This document shows, piece after piece, positions 1-9,401 of a DNA stretch of 64,000 nt. This DNA comes from Candidatus Brockarchaeota archaeon (lineage in GTDB: Archaea > Thermoproteota > EX4484-205 > JAAOZP01). Both the position numbers and the translations under genes were made by a program. The stretch's first letter is position 1, and each line of letters begins with the position of its first letter. Below the pieces are notes generated by a model, which was not told where the DNA came from, ran no database searches, and saw only the letters and a list, made by a program, of their open reading frames with translations. The stretch is from assembly GCA_017601225.1 (NCBI GenBank), contig JAFNIX010000005.1:55831-119830 (forward strand), in the 5' to 3' direction.

Positions 1-1224
1 GTTTTCAATTTAGAAAACGAGTCGCTGGAAAAGATTCGGCAAACGTATTATGAACTAAGTTCCAAAGGATTCAGGATCCTGGGAGTGTCATACAAAAATG
101 TCGAGGAGAAAGCAGAATACTCCGTAGATGACGAAAACGAGATGATCTTCGTTGGATTCGTCGCTTTTATGGATCCTCCTAAGGAAACCGCTAGAGAAGC
201 CTTGAGATCATTGAGGAAATCTGGCATAGAGCTCAAGATCGTCACAGGCGATAACGAGTTGGTCACAAGGAATATATGCGAACAACTCGGGTTCGAAATC
301 AAAAGAATCGTCCTCGGGAGCGATATTGCCAAATTGCAGGATGATGGGCTCGCAAGGATTGTGGAGGAGGCCAACGTATTTGCCAGAGTTACCCCTCCTC
401 AGAAGGACAGGATCATCAATGCTCTGATGAGGAACGGACATGTCGTGGGTTTTCTCGGAGATGGCATCAACGATGCATCCTCGATGAAGATAGCGGACGT
501 CGGCATATCGGTCGACAATGCCGTAGATGTCGCGAAGGAATCTGCGGACATCATCCTATTGCAGAAGGACCTAGGAGTGCTGTTGGATGGGATCTTGGAA
601 GGCAGAAAGACTTTCGGCAATACTATGAAATACATCATGATGGGAACTAGCTCTAATTTCGGAAATATGTTCAGCGCCGCATTTGCATCTCTATTTCTTC
701 CGTTTCTACCGATGTTGCCAACACAGATACTCCTAAACAACCTTCTTTATGATTTATCTGAGATGGTCATTCCGACAGACAATGTCGACGAAGAATACAT
801 TGAAAAGCCTAAGAGATTGAATGTCTCCTTCATAAGGAGATTCATGATGATCTTCGGTCCGATAAGTTCCGTCTTTGACTTCCTGACTTTCTTCATAATG
901 TTATATGCTTTTAACGCAACTGAACCACTATTTCAGACCGCTTGGTTCCTTGAATCCTTATTCACGCAGACTCTGGTGATATTCGTCATAAGAACAAGAA
1001 GATGTCCCTTCTTCAGGAGCAAGCCAAGCAGATTCTTACTCTTCAGCAGTCTAGTCATTCCCGCCCTGGCACTCATAATACCCTTCACACCGCTAGGTAC
1101 ACTATTCGGATTTGTTAGGCCGCCATTGGTGTTCCTTGTATTCCTTGCGGGAATAACCACCGTCTACCTAATGCTGGTCGAGATCGTTAAGAAATGGTTC
1201 TATAAGGCATGGGCCAATCTGTGA
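1..1224 (+). CDS. mgtA: Mg2+-transporting P-type ATPase (MgtA-like), C-terminal part; 5' end lies upstream of the window
   Basis: Frame 1 is open from nt 1 with no stop. Motifs VTGDNELV (phosphatase/hinge region) and GDGINDASSMKIADVGISV (P-type ATPase hinge) are followed by four C-terminal TM helices. FRILGVSYK resembles MgtA. Confidence 0.75.
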   Translation, partial: VFNLENESLEKIRQTYYELSSKGFRILGVSYKNVEEKAEYSVDDENEMIFVGFVAFMDPPKETAREALRSLRKSGIELKIVTGDNELVTRNICEQLGFEIKRIVLGSDIAKLQDDGLARIVEEANVFARVTPPQKDRIINALMRNGHVVGFLGDGINDASSMKIADVGISVDNAVDVAKESADIILLQKDLGVLLDGILEGRKTFGNTMKYIMMGTSSNFGNMFSAAFASLFLPFLPMLPTQILLNNLLYDLSEMVIPTDNVDEEYIEKPKRLNVSFIRRFMMIFGPISSVFDFLTFFIMLYAFNATEPLFQTAWFLESLFTQTLVIFVIRTRRCPFFRSKPSRFLLFSSLVIPALALIIPFTPLGTLFGFVRPPLVFLVFLAGITTVYLMLVEIVKKWFYKAWANL

Positions 1225-1575
1225 CACGGACAACTATCGTTTCCCTCAGGAGAAGCACAACGCGCGCTAACCATTCTCAAGAATGTTGAGGGCAGCGTTA
1301 TAATTTCCATCATTAAAATGGTTGCTCAGTTAAACCCGCCATGTACCATCCGTCACCGATTCCTTGTCATCGGTTCATACTCCTACGCGAGGTCCTCCGG
1401 TACAGTCATCATCGCTATGCTAAATTTAGCATCACCATAGATCCCTGACCGTTTGCTTTAACATGAAGATGGCTCATTCTACCGCCTCAACTCCCGTCGA
1501 CAGAGTATGTTATTGCTACTATGGTAGTTGGAAATCGATTATTAGGCCATTGCTCTAGTACCGCTTTTCTCTTTT

Positions 1576-4047
1576 TTACCATTTTAAATACTGCTTTTTC
1601 ATGAGAATGTATTTAATAAAATCGTTTATTATCAGCGAGAATATTGCGGAATACCCTAGCACTGTAAGCATGAGAATCGGAGGCAGCGGCTTTAGACTAG
1701 GCATGCCGAATAGCGCTATGAGGATCGCTACCGTTAAATCAAGCACCACTGCTATTAGTAAAGCTTTTCCAGGTTTAGAATGCCAGAAGTGTCCTCTCTC
1801 CCTTGCTACGAGTATTGAGAATAAGGCGAACAAGAGGAGTGTTTGGAAGCTGAACATATGTAGGGTTTGCTCGTCACTCAGTATGTTAAAGAATCTGATT
1901 CCGATGAATAGTAATCCGAATGCTTCTAGAACCATGAGTGAACCCAGAATTATTGCCACTTTCATGAGTCCTGTTATGTTCCATTTGCAGGGGTTCTTAG
2001 ACCATCTTACATTATCAGTGGATAAAGATATTTTCACGAAATCCGTCATAAATAGCATTAGGAGCATTGCAGAAGAAGATATAACGTACTTGCCCGTAAG
2101 CAGGAAGGCTGAAACCACAAAGACGGTCTTCAGTATGGTTCTAGTTATCTTGTTCAGAATCCAAGTGTTTATTCTTTCGAATATGGATCTGCCGATTTCA
2201 ACCAGAGTCAACATGCTTGTTAAACCCTCGCTGGTCAGCACAACGCTGGCAGCTCCTTTAGCCACATCAGTGGCGTTTGCAACAGCTATGCCTACTTCAG
2301 CCTGCCTTAAGGCGGGTGCATCATTCACACCGTCACCAGTCATTCCAACTATGTGAGCCCTCTCCTGAAGACTCTTCACAATCACGTATTTATCTTCAGG
2401 ATAAACCTCCGCGAAGCCACTGCTTCCCTCAGCTATTTCTCCAGCCCTAGATTGATCGCCCTTCATGAGCTCTTTAAGCTCTGACGCTTTGATCACATTG
2501 TTTCCGAGGCCGATCTCCTTTGCTATTTCCTTGGCTATTGGTAACGCATCGCCTGTCATCATCTTGACAGCCACGCCTAGGCTTTTAAGCTCCTCAATAA
2601 GGTTTTTAGCATCCGGTCTGGGCGCGTCATATAATGCTGCCAGCCCCACGAGTTCAAACGATTCATCCCCAATAGATTTCGCCACAGCTATTGTTCGATA
2701 ACCCCTCTGAGTGAACTTGTCAACTTTCTCCATGACCTCCTTTAACCTGTTATCATCCAGCCTACATATTTCAGCCACAGTGTTAACAGCACCTTTGACA
2801 ACCCTGAACTCTGAACCATTAACCTGTATTAGTGCCTCAGTTCTACGCGTCTTAGGATCGAACGGTATGAAAGATTTCTGCGTGAAATCGTCAAGAGGCA
2901 ATTTTCTCCGCCTAGCCATGTCTATGAAGGCCAAGTCTATCGGGTCCTGATTAGCCTCCTGAGAAGCTAAGGCTCCGCAGAGAATAACCTCATCCTCATC
3001 ATGGTTGCCCAGCGGCTTTACATCAACCATAGAAAGCCTATTCATCGTTATTGTACCTGTTTTATCTACACATAGAACATCCATGCTTGCAGCATCATCG
3101 GACGCGCTGAGCCTCGTTACCAACACGTTTTTACCGGCTAGCTCCATGGATCCCACAGCCATGCTGACCGTAAACATGGCTGGTAAAGCAACTGGTACAG
3201 CACCCAGCATTAATACGAGCATTAACGGCAAAATTTCCAGCAAGTCTATTCCCCTGATCACGGAGAATATTGCTGCTATGCACAGCATTACTCCAACTAT
3301 GACTAGAAGCCATTTGAGGACTCTGGAGACCACTTCCTCCATGTGCAGTTTAGGACGTGCAACTTGAACGAGCTGAGCTGTCCTGCCAAAATACGTTTTA
3401 ACGCCTGTAAGCACAACTATGCCGGTGGATTCTCCCCGCCTTATAATGGAGCCCGAGTACAATATGTCACCTAGCCTCTTCTCAACCTCCATAGATTCAC
3501 CGGTTAATGCTGACTGGTCAACCCAAACCTCACCGATAGCGATTTTAATATCTGCTGGAACAAAGTCACCAGCCCTGACTCTAACAACATCTCCAGGTAC
3601 AAGCTCTCTCGATGGAACTAGCCTCCAAACACCATCCCTGAGAACCCTAGCGTTAATTTGAAGCTTACTCTTTAGAAGTTCCACGGCTTTAGAAGCCCTC
3701 TGTTCTTGAATAAACCCCAATATAGAGTTTAATACGAGCAAGGCCGTTACAGTGTATAAGTCTATATATTTACCCAGTACAAGTGCGAGGACTATTATGG
3801 CCTCAAGCATCCAAGCAGTTAAACCCCAAAACTTCCTGACAAACAAAACAATAGGATGAACTTTTTTCTCAGGGACCTCGTTGTAACCATACTGCTTTAA
3901 TCTGCGATCAACTTCGCTTTGACTTAATCCCAAGCCTAAATCAGTTTTCAGAAGATTTACAGTTTCCTCTATAGTCTTTTTCCGGAAGTCTTGCATTACA
4001 TTGTTCATAGGCTTCATCAAGTTATTCATTTTTAAGTCTATTGGCAA
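1576..4047 (-). CDS. P-type cation-transporting ATPase, type IIIA (plasma-membrane H+-ATPase-like, cf. archaeal MJ1226-type)
   Basis: 823 aa. Phosphorylation motif CVDKTGTITMN, hinge MTGDGVNDAPALRQAEVGIAV, and an N-terminal YGYNEVPEKK segment typical of PMA-type pumps. About 10 TM helices. Confidence 0.8.
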   Translation of the reverse strand: MPIDLKMNNLMKPMNNVMQDFRKKTIEETVNLLKTDLGLGLSQSEVDRRLKQYGYNEVPEKKVHPIVLFVRKFWGLTAWMLEAIIVLALVLGKYIDLYTVTALLVLNSILGFIQEQRASKAVELLKSKLQINARVLRDGVWRLVPSRELVPGDVVRVRAGDFVPADIKIAIGEVWVDQSALTGESMEVEKRLGDILYSGSIIRRGESTGIVVLTGVKTYFGRTAQLVQVARPKLHMEEVVSRVLKWLLVIVGVMLCIAAIFSVIRGIDLLEILPLMLVLMLGAVPVALPAMFTVSMAVGSMELAGKNVLVTRLSASDDAASMDVLCVDKTGTITMNRLSMVDVKPLGNHDEDEVILCGALASQEANQDPIDLAFIDMARRRKLPLDDFTQKSFIPFDPKTRRTEALIQVNGSEFRVVKGAVNTVAEICRLDDNRLKEVMEKVDKFTQRGYRTIAVAKSIGDESFELVGLAALYDAPRPDAKNLIEELKSLGVAVKMMTGDALPIAKEIAKEIGLGNNVIKASELKELMKGDQSRAGEIAEGSSGFAEVYPEDKYVIVKSLQERAHIVGMTGDGVNDAPALRQAEVGIAVANATDVAKGAASVVLTSEGLTSMLTLVEIGRSIFERINTWILNKITRTILKTVFVVSAFLLTGKYVISSSAMLLMLFMTDFVKISLSTDNVRWSKNPCKWNITGLMKVAIILGSLMVLEAFGLLFIGIRFFNILSDEQTLHMFSFQTLLLFALFSILVARERGHFWHSKPGKALLIAVVLDLTVAILIALFGMPSLKPLPPILMLTVLGYSAIFSLIINDFIKYILMKKQYLKW

Positions 4048-4140
4048 GTTCCCCTTACAGATGCAATAGCACGCGTTATCTTACTTTCGACTTTATAAGA
4101 ATCCACTAAGGATAGATTTAAAAGAAGTTTAAAGAGTGAA

Positions 4141-5154
4141 ATGAAAGAGGTGAGCGTGATACCTTTGTATTGTCCTAAATGTGGTGCACAACTTCCAGAT
4201 GACGCAATATTTTGCATGAAATGTGGAGTTAGGATTTCTGCTTCACCTGCGCCGCAGGCTCCATTAACACCTGTTATCGCCTCCTTAGAAGCTAAATCGC
4301 TTACGTGTCCTCACTGTGGGGCTCCAATTACGCCGAAATTCGGTGAAATGATTATAAGTTGTGAGTACTGTGGAACCGCCGTAGTATTGGAAAGTGAAGG
4401 TTGGAGAGGCATACATAAGCAAACAATGCTGCCGCTTAAGTTGGCGGAACGAGACAAAGTAGTTACTGAAATTCGCAGCCTAATGGACAGGGGGTTGTTG
4501 CATAGACACCTTTATGAGGGATCAACGCTGGAGGAAATGAACTTAAGCTTCGTTCCATACTGGATTGTCTCAGTTTCAGCAAGAACCTCGATAATAGCCA
4601 GCGACATAGCAGTTCAAGCTGGAGAAATCGCCACAACAGCAGCTCTCTTCGGCATTATGGGATCAGCAATGAGTGGCAGAAGACGCGGAGTAGGCATAGC
4701 AGGGCCTATTCTTGCAGGGGCAATGCTTGGCACCACGATGGGACCTAGCCAAGCAGGTGCAAAAAGAGCTTATCAAATGGATAATAACTACAACTTAGCC
4801 ATTGTAGCTGTCAAAGCATTTAACGAGTATCAGCCAAAGAGCTATCAATTCAACTTGCATGAGAGAATGCTTTTTGATATTTCTAAAATTCCAAAAGGCG
4901 TAAAAATCTTGAATGGAGACGTAGGGGAGGAATCGGCAAAATATCAGGCGAAAACTCTCGCAGACCAACTGCAATCAGAGAAGGCGCATGCACAGTACCA
5001 TATGATCCAACAGCTTCACACGGATGTGGATATTGCAGAAACCGAGCTGCTTTATGCGCCAATATGGTTCGCCCAATACGACCATAAAGGCAATAAGATA
5101 ATCCTTATCATTGATGGCAACTCCGGGGGCGTAATCAACAGCATAGGTCTATGA
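4141..5154 (+). CDS. hypothetical protein with two N-terminal zinc ribbons (CPKCG..CMKCG; CPHCG..CEYCG) and a Gly-rich hydrophobic middle segment
   Basis: 337 aa ORF with four CxxC pairs in the first 80 aa. No recognisable catalytic motif. Its last codons overlap the stop of an antisense MFS fragment. Confidence 0.5.
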   Translation: MKEVSVIPLYCPKCGAQLPDDAIFCMKCGVRISASPAPQAPLTPVIASLEAKSLTCPHCGAPITPKFGEMIISCEYCGTAVVLESEGWRGIHKQTMLPLKLAERDKVVTEIRSLMDRGLLHRHLYEGSTLEEMNLSFVPYWIVSVSARTSIIASDIAVQAGEIATTAALFGIMGSAMSGRRRGVGIAGPILAGAMLGTTMGPSQAGAKRAYQMDNNYNLAIVAVKAFNEYQPKSYQFNLHERMLFDISKIPKGVKILNGDVGEESAKYQAKTLADQLQSEKAHAQYHMIQQLHTDVDIAETELLYAPIWFAQYDHKGNKIILIIDGNSGGVINSIGL

Positions 5155-5433
5155 GCCTAGCGTGTAGCCTAATGTTGCAAGGGGTTTTCTCTTACCCAGC
5201 TTATCGCTTAGCCAACCAGAGTACGTCTTAACGAAGCTGGAGGAGAAGTCTGCCAGTCCCTCTATTAAGCCTAAGATTTCGGCTGAACCATGCAATTCGA
5301 TTGTCAAGAATTGGGCAAGAATGGATGTAGCCATTTCATGGCTTGTGTCACTGAATAGGCTCGTGAAACCCATTGCCATCACATTTCTGTTCAGCCATTT
5401 TCTACTGTTTTGATTGTTTAATCTACATTTCAT
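5149..5433 (-). pseudogene. N-terminal remnant (94 aa) of an MFS transporter gene, truncated where the zinc-ribbon gene begins on the opposite strand
   Basis: The translation carries the canonical MFS N-terminal pattern (RNVMAMGFTSLFSDTSHEMATSILAQFLT..GSAEILGLIEGLADFSSSFVKTYSGWLSDKLGKRKP). It then hits a stop after only the first two TM helices. Confidence 0.35.
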
Positions 5434-5552
5434 TTTTTACGAGCCTCACACACTAATGCATGCTAATAAACTTTCGGAAGCCTGACTAAGCTCTAGGAAT
5501 AAGATCATGATGAGCTAAAAAGTTTAAATTTAGTAACCTCCTAAATTAGGCT

Positions 5553-6002
5553 ATGCCTAAATTAAGAGGGGCTAAACAGGTTTCCGTGAGGTTAACTACG
5601 AGAGAAGCAGAGTACTTAAAAACGGTTTTCAGGCTTCTTTCGGGAAGAGAAAAAGTTGGGAGTCTCGAGGTGGCGGTTGCAATGGGGGTTTCATGTGCAA
5701 CTGCAAGCGAGTATCTTAAGAAGCTTTTTGAAAAGGGTATGCTTGAAAGAAACCCTTGGAGAGGTGTCAGCCTGTCTAAATCAGGCCTCAGGGAGGTAAA
5801 CAGGATAATCAGGAACCACAGAGTTTTCGAAACATACGTGTACAGGGTTCTTTCAATCAGTCTGGAGGATGCTTGCGAATGCGCGAGCATGGTTGAGCAG
5901 TATCTTCCTGAGAAGATTGTCGACTCCATGTGCAGTGCTCTGGGCCATCCTAAGACCTGCCCTCATAAGAACCATATTCCGGGAGGCAGGTCCTGTTGCT
6001 GA
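5553..6002 (+). CDS. DtxR/MntR-family metal-dependent transcriptional repressor
   Basis: 149 aa. An N-terminal HTH (EYLKTVFRLLSGREKVGSLEVAVAMGVSCATASEYLKKL) is followed by a metal-binding/dimerisation region with HRVFETY and C/H residues. It sits directly upstream of a metal ABC importer. Confidence 0.7.
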   Translation: MPKLRGAKQVSVRLTTREAEYLKTVFRLLSGREKVGSLEVAVAMGVSCATASEYLKKLFEKGMLERNPWRGVSLSKSGLREVNRIIRNHRVFETYVYRVLSISLEDACECASMVEQYLPEKIVDSMCSALGHPKTCPHKNHIPGGRSCC

Positions 6003-7018
6003 GAAATGCGATTGGAATCATGCTTCTTGCAACGGTTTTCCTGACTTTTTCAACCATGTATACTGGTGCTCGGCTGGATGGGAAGACCAAGATAGTTGTC
6101 ACGATGGATATTCTGAGGCCGATTGTCTCCTCTATAATAGGCAGCAGGGGAGAAGTCTATTCGATTGTTCCAGGGGATGCTGAGCCGCATGGCTTCACTC
6201 TTACTCCTGAAGTGGTGAGAAAAGCTTCCGATGCTGACCTGATAGTTATAACCGGCCACATGGAGTGGGAGAAGGATCTTGTGAAACGGGTTGCGGAGGA
6301 AAGAGGTGTTGAAGCCGGTTCAATAACGCTAAACCTTCTTGACTTGGTTGAGAGAAATGGTACTGTTCTTGAGCTGGAAGGCGGGAGGAATATTCACGGC
6401 TTCTGGCTTCTGCCTGATAACGCTGTCCTGATTGCGAGAGCCCTGAGAGACAGGCTTTCAAGCTTGAATCCTGAGTATTCAGAGGAATACTTATCCAACT
6501 ACATGTTTTTCGAGGAGAAGGTGTCCTATCTAAAGAGTTTTCTGGAAAGTCTTTCGGAGAAGCATGGCACGTCTGGAAGGAAGGTCGTCATAGGTTTCTA
6601 CGCTGAGCAATACGTTGTTGAAGCCATGGGTTTAAAAGCAGGCGCCATTCTAGTTGGCGAGGGAGAAGCCATAAGCCCGGGGTCTTTAAGCAGGGTTTAC
6701 GACGGGCTTAAGTCTGGAGAATATGCTTGCATAGTTGTCTCCGATACCGCTTTATTGATGAGCGGGGTTCAGAATGCTCTGCGAGAAGTCTCTAGGGATA
6801 CGGGTTGCAGAATAGCCTATGTTTCAGTAGTTTCAGCAAGCGGCGTGAAGGATTACGATTCAATAATGTATTATAATGCTGGGCAGGTTTACGGTGCACT
6901 CTTATCCGAGCGGGAAGCTGTTTCAAGCGGGATTAACATTTACCTTCTGACAACGCTTGCAGCATTGCTGGTGATCGTGCTTGAAACAATAATCTTAGTC
7001 AGGAGGAGTAGACCATGA
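5996..7018 (+). CDS. metal (Mn/Zn/Fe) ABC transporter substrate-binding protein, TroA/ZnuA-like (cluster 9), membrane anchored
   Basis: N-terminal signal/TM anchor. GDAEPHGFTLTP resembles the ZnuA DPHxWxxP metal-site motif. A C-terminal TM anchor is typical of archaeal SBPs. It overlaps the regulator stop and the ATPase start. Confidence 0.65.
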   Translation: MLRNAIGIMLLATVFLTFSTMYTGARLDGKTKIVVTMDILRPIVSSIIGSRGEVYSIVPGDAEPHGFTLTPEVVRKASDADLIVITGHMEWEKDLVKRVAEERGVEAGSITLNLLDLVERNGTVLELEGGRNIHGFWLLPDNAVLIARALRDRLSSLNPEYSEEYLSNYMFFEEKVSYLKSFLESLSEKHGTSGRKVVIGFYAEQYVVEAMGLKAGAILVGEGEAISPGSLSRVYDGLKSGEYACIVVSDTALLMSGVQNALREVSRDTGCRIAYVSVVSASGVKDYDSIMYYNAGQVYGALLSEREAVSSGINIYLLTTLAALLVIVLETIILVRRSRP

Positions 7019-7794
7019 GCACTCCAGTAATATCTGTTGAAAACGCTTCGGTGAGGCTCGATGGCCACTTGGTTTTAGAGGATGTTAGTTTCCAGGTTGA
7101 GTCGCCAGCGTTCATAACTGTCGTAGGGCCGAACGGGGCTGGCAAGACTACGCTTTTAAAGCTCCTCCTAGGCATGGTTAAGCCTTTCAAGGGAAGCGTC
7201 AAAGTGCTCGGTCTAAACCCTTTTACTGACTATGGCAGGCTCAGAGGGCTCGTTGGCTATGTCCCGCAGAAAGACAGGGTTTCCTACGAAACCCCGCTGA
7301 GGGTGAGCGAGGTTGTCCTAATGGGGATAGTTTTGAGGAAAAGTTTTCCCAGGGTTGTTTCAAAGGATGATGTTGAGTCTGCTAGAAGGGCTCTTGCATA
7401 CTTGGGTATGGAGGAACACTGGGGGTCATTTTTCAACGAGCTCAGCGGGGGGCAGCAGAGAAGGGTCCTGATAGCCAGGGCACTAGCATCCGACCCGTTG
7501 CTTCTACTGCTGGACGAAGTGTTCGCCGGGCTGGATTCCGAGAGCCAGGAGTACTTGATTAACGTTTTCAAAAAGTTGAAGGAGAGGGGGAGAACCATAG
7601 TTATCGTGGAGCATGAGGTCGACCCTATAATGGAGCTTACCGACAGGATTCTTGTTTTAAACAGGGTTTTATGCGTATACGGTGATCCAAGCGTGGTTTT
7701 AAGCGAGGACAAGCTGAAGCCAATCTATCCCTGTTTAAAAACTGTTGAAAGAGAGGGCCGGAGGTTCTTCATACTGGGTGATAAGCATGCTTGA
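7015..7794 (+). CDS. metal ABC transporter ATP-binding protein (ZnuC/MntB-like)
   Basis: Walker A GPNGAGKTT, ABC signature LSGGQQRRVLIARAL, Walker B LLLLDEVFAGLD, H-loop IVEHE. ATGA overlap with the SBP gene. Confidence 0.85.
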   Translation: MSTPVISVENASVRLDGHLVLEDVSFQVESPAFITVVGPNGAGKTTLLKLLLGMVKPFKGSVKVLGLNPFTDYGRLRGLVGYVPQKDRVSYETPLRVSEVVLMGIVLRKSFPRVVSKDDVESARRALAYLGMEEHWGSFFNELSGGQQRRVLIARALASDPLLLLLDEVFAGLDSESQEYLINVFKKLKERGRTIVIVEHEVDPIMELTDRILVLNRVLCVYGDPSVVLSEDKLKPIYPCLKTVEREGRRFFILGDKHA

Positions 7795-8605
7795 CCCGTT
7801 TGTTTTAAGAGCAATACTCGGAGTTTTTTTCGCCTCGTTTTCAGCGCCGATTTCAGTAATCATGCTTCTAAGAGGAGCCCTCTACATTACTCCTGAGGTT
7901 TCACACGCCGCCTTAGGGGGTGCAGCAGTAGGCGTTTTAATCCAAGCCCTCCTCCCAGCAGCGGGAGACCCGTTTGTATTTGCAATTGTTTTCTGCGTGG
8001 CAACATCTATAATTGTTTCCCGTGTCGGTAGGAGCGGTCAGCAAGCCTTGGGTATGATGCTCAGCGTTTCCCTAGCTGTAAGCGTGATGCTCTACGCGAT
8101 CATAAGAAGCTATCTGCCGATAGACAGGAGAATTCTGGTTGACAGTTATCTTGTGAGCGACCTTCTACTGCTTTCAGAAATGGATGTGCTCAGCCTGGCG
8201 GGTGCGTCAACCGTTGCGCTCATTGTCACCATAATGTTTTACAGGGAGTTTATCTACATTTGCTTCGACATGGAGACCGCTGAATCGTTCGGCCTTAAAA
8301 CAGGGCTATACGACTCGCTGCTGTTCACTGTTTCCGCGATAACCGCCGCTGTCGTGGCGAGAACCATGGGCATTCTTCTTTCCGTCACGCTTCTCGTAAT
8401 CCCTGCAGCAGTCTCAAGGCTGCTGGCCCGCCGCATAAGCATGATGCTGCTAGCGTCTTTCACAGTTGAGGTCATATCTGGATTAGGAGGTATTGCAGTA
8501 TCACTGCTCTACGATATTCCGACTAGTGGCGCAATAGCCCTGGTCTCAATCATGCTGTTTTCAGCATGCTATCTTTTCAAACTGGTTTTGAAAAAGCAGA
8601 AATAG
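7787..8605 (+). CDS. metal ABC transporter permease (ZnuB/TroC-like)
   Basis: Polytopic membrane protein with 7-8 TM helices immediately after the ATPase. Start taken at the ATG (MLDPFV...) that overlaps the ATPase stop by 8 nt. Confidence 0.7.
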   Translation: MLDPFVLRAILGVFFASFSAPISVIMLLRGALYITPEVSHAALGGAAVGVLIQALLPAAGDPFVFAIVFCVATSIIVSRVGRSGQQALGMMLSVSLAVSVMLYAIIRSYLPIDRRILVDSYLVSDLLLLSEMDVLSLAGASTVALIVTIMFYREFIYICFDMETAESFGLKTGLYDSLLFTVSAITAAVVARTMGILLSVTLLVIPAAVSRLLARRISMMLLASFTVEVISGLGGIAVSLLYDIPTSGAIALVSIMLFSACYLFKLVLKKQK

Positions 8606-8657
8606 TATCGTCCTCTTACTATAAGCCTTAATATAAGGTAAGCGTTTTATTCCGCGA

Positions 8658-9401
8658 ATGATTCTCCCCCTCGTGCGCAACCGAAGAGTTTCAAAGGCTA
8701 GGCTTGTATCGTCGGCAGCCCTTTCCACCGCTCTAGTCTTCGTGGCGACAGCATCCGTCTCCATATATATCCCGGCCACCAGGGGCTATTTTAACCTAGG
8801 GGACTCCATGATCTTCCTAACCGCCCTGTTGTTCGGCCCCCTCGTAGGGCTTCTCGCGGGTGGATTAGGATCAATGCTGAGCGACCTTTTCCTAGGTTAT
8901 ACTGTTTATGCTCCCGCCACCCTGATCGTTAAAGGTGTTGAAGGCTTCCTAACAGGTTTTCTCCACGAGGTTTTTGCTGGAAAGGAGTCGCGGGCTACTC
9001 GGCTCCTGATGGTCCTCCTGCCGGTGCCAACAGTGATTCTCGGAACCATGCTGGTCCTGTTTCTTTTCACAGGAGAGGCTGAGGTGTCGCTGCTCACAAT
9101 ATACTCGGCTACAGTAGCCTATCAGCCTATTCTCTTCACAATCCTCATCGTACTAGCGGCATCGCTAATATTCATTCTGAGAGTCTACAGGGAGAACCTG
9201 CCGTTAATAGTGCCATGCTTCATAGGGGGTTTCGAAATGGTTCTAGGATACTTCCTCTACGAGCTTTCCCTATACCAGTTGGGAGCAGTCTTCGAGGTGC
9301 CTGCGAACTTCGCTCAAACCTTCCTAGGGACACTAGTAGCTGTGCCGCTTTACAACGCTGTTGCGAAGAGAATAGGGCAATCAAGGATAATCAGCCGATA
9401 G
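8658..9401 (+). CDS. small polytopic membrane protein, possibly an ECF-transporter S component
   Basis: 247 aa with about 6 TM helices. The YIPATRGYFNLGD loop resembles ECF S components. The substrate cannot be assigned. Confidence 0.3.
   Translation: MILPLVRNRRVSKARLVSSAALSTALVFVATASVSIYIPATRGYFNLGDSMIFLTALLFGPLVGLLAGGLGSMLSDLFLGYTVYAPATLIVKGVEGFLTGFLHEVFAGKESRATRLLMVLLPVPTVILGTMLVLFLFTGEAEVSLLTIYSATVAYQPILFTILIVLAASLIFILRVYRENLPLIVPCFIGGFEMVLGYFLYELSLYQLGAVFEVPANFAQTFLGTLVAVPLYNAVAKRIGQSRIISR

Noticed and set aside
1225-1575. 350-bp ORF-free gap between the convergent ATPases examined for a tRNA/ncRNA gene
   Set aside because: No cloverleaf-compatible stems and no conserved T-loop (GTTC) or CCA context. 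I saw only a 6-bp hairpin and a T-tract. I treated it as 3' UTR/terminator space.
1601-3661. Several 60-250 aa ORFs on the + strand (1601-2356, 2465-2701, 2711-2950, 3005-3367, 3419-3661) inside the minus-strand P-type ATPase gene
   Set aside because: These are antisense shadow ORFs of a confidently identified 823-aa gene. Their low-complexity Ser/Thr/Ala-rich translations are typical of wrong-strand reading.
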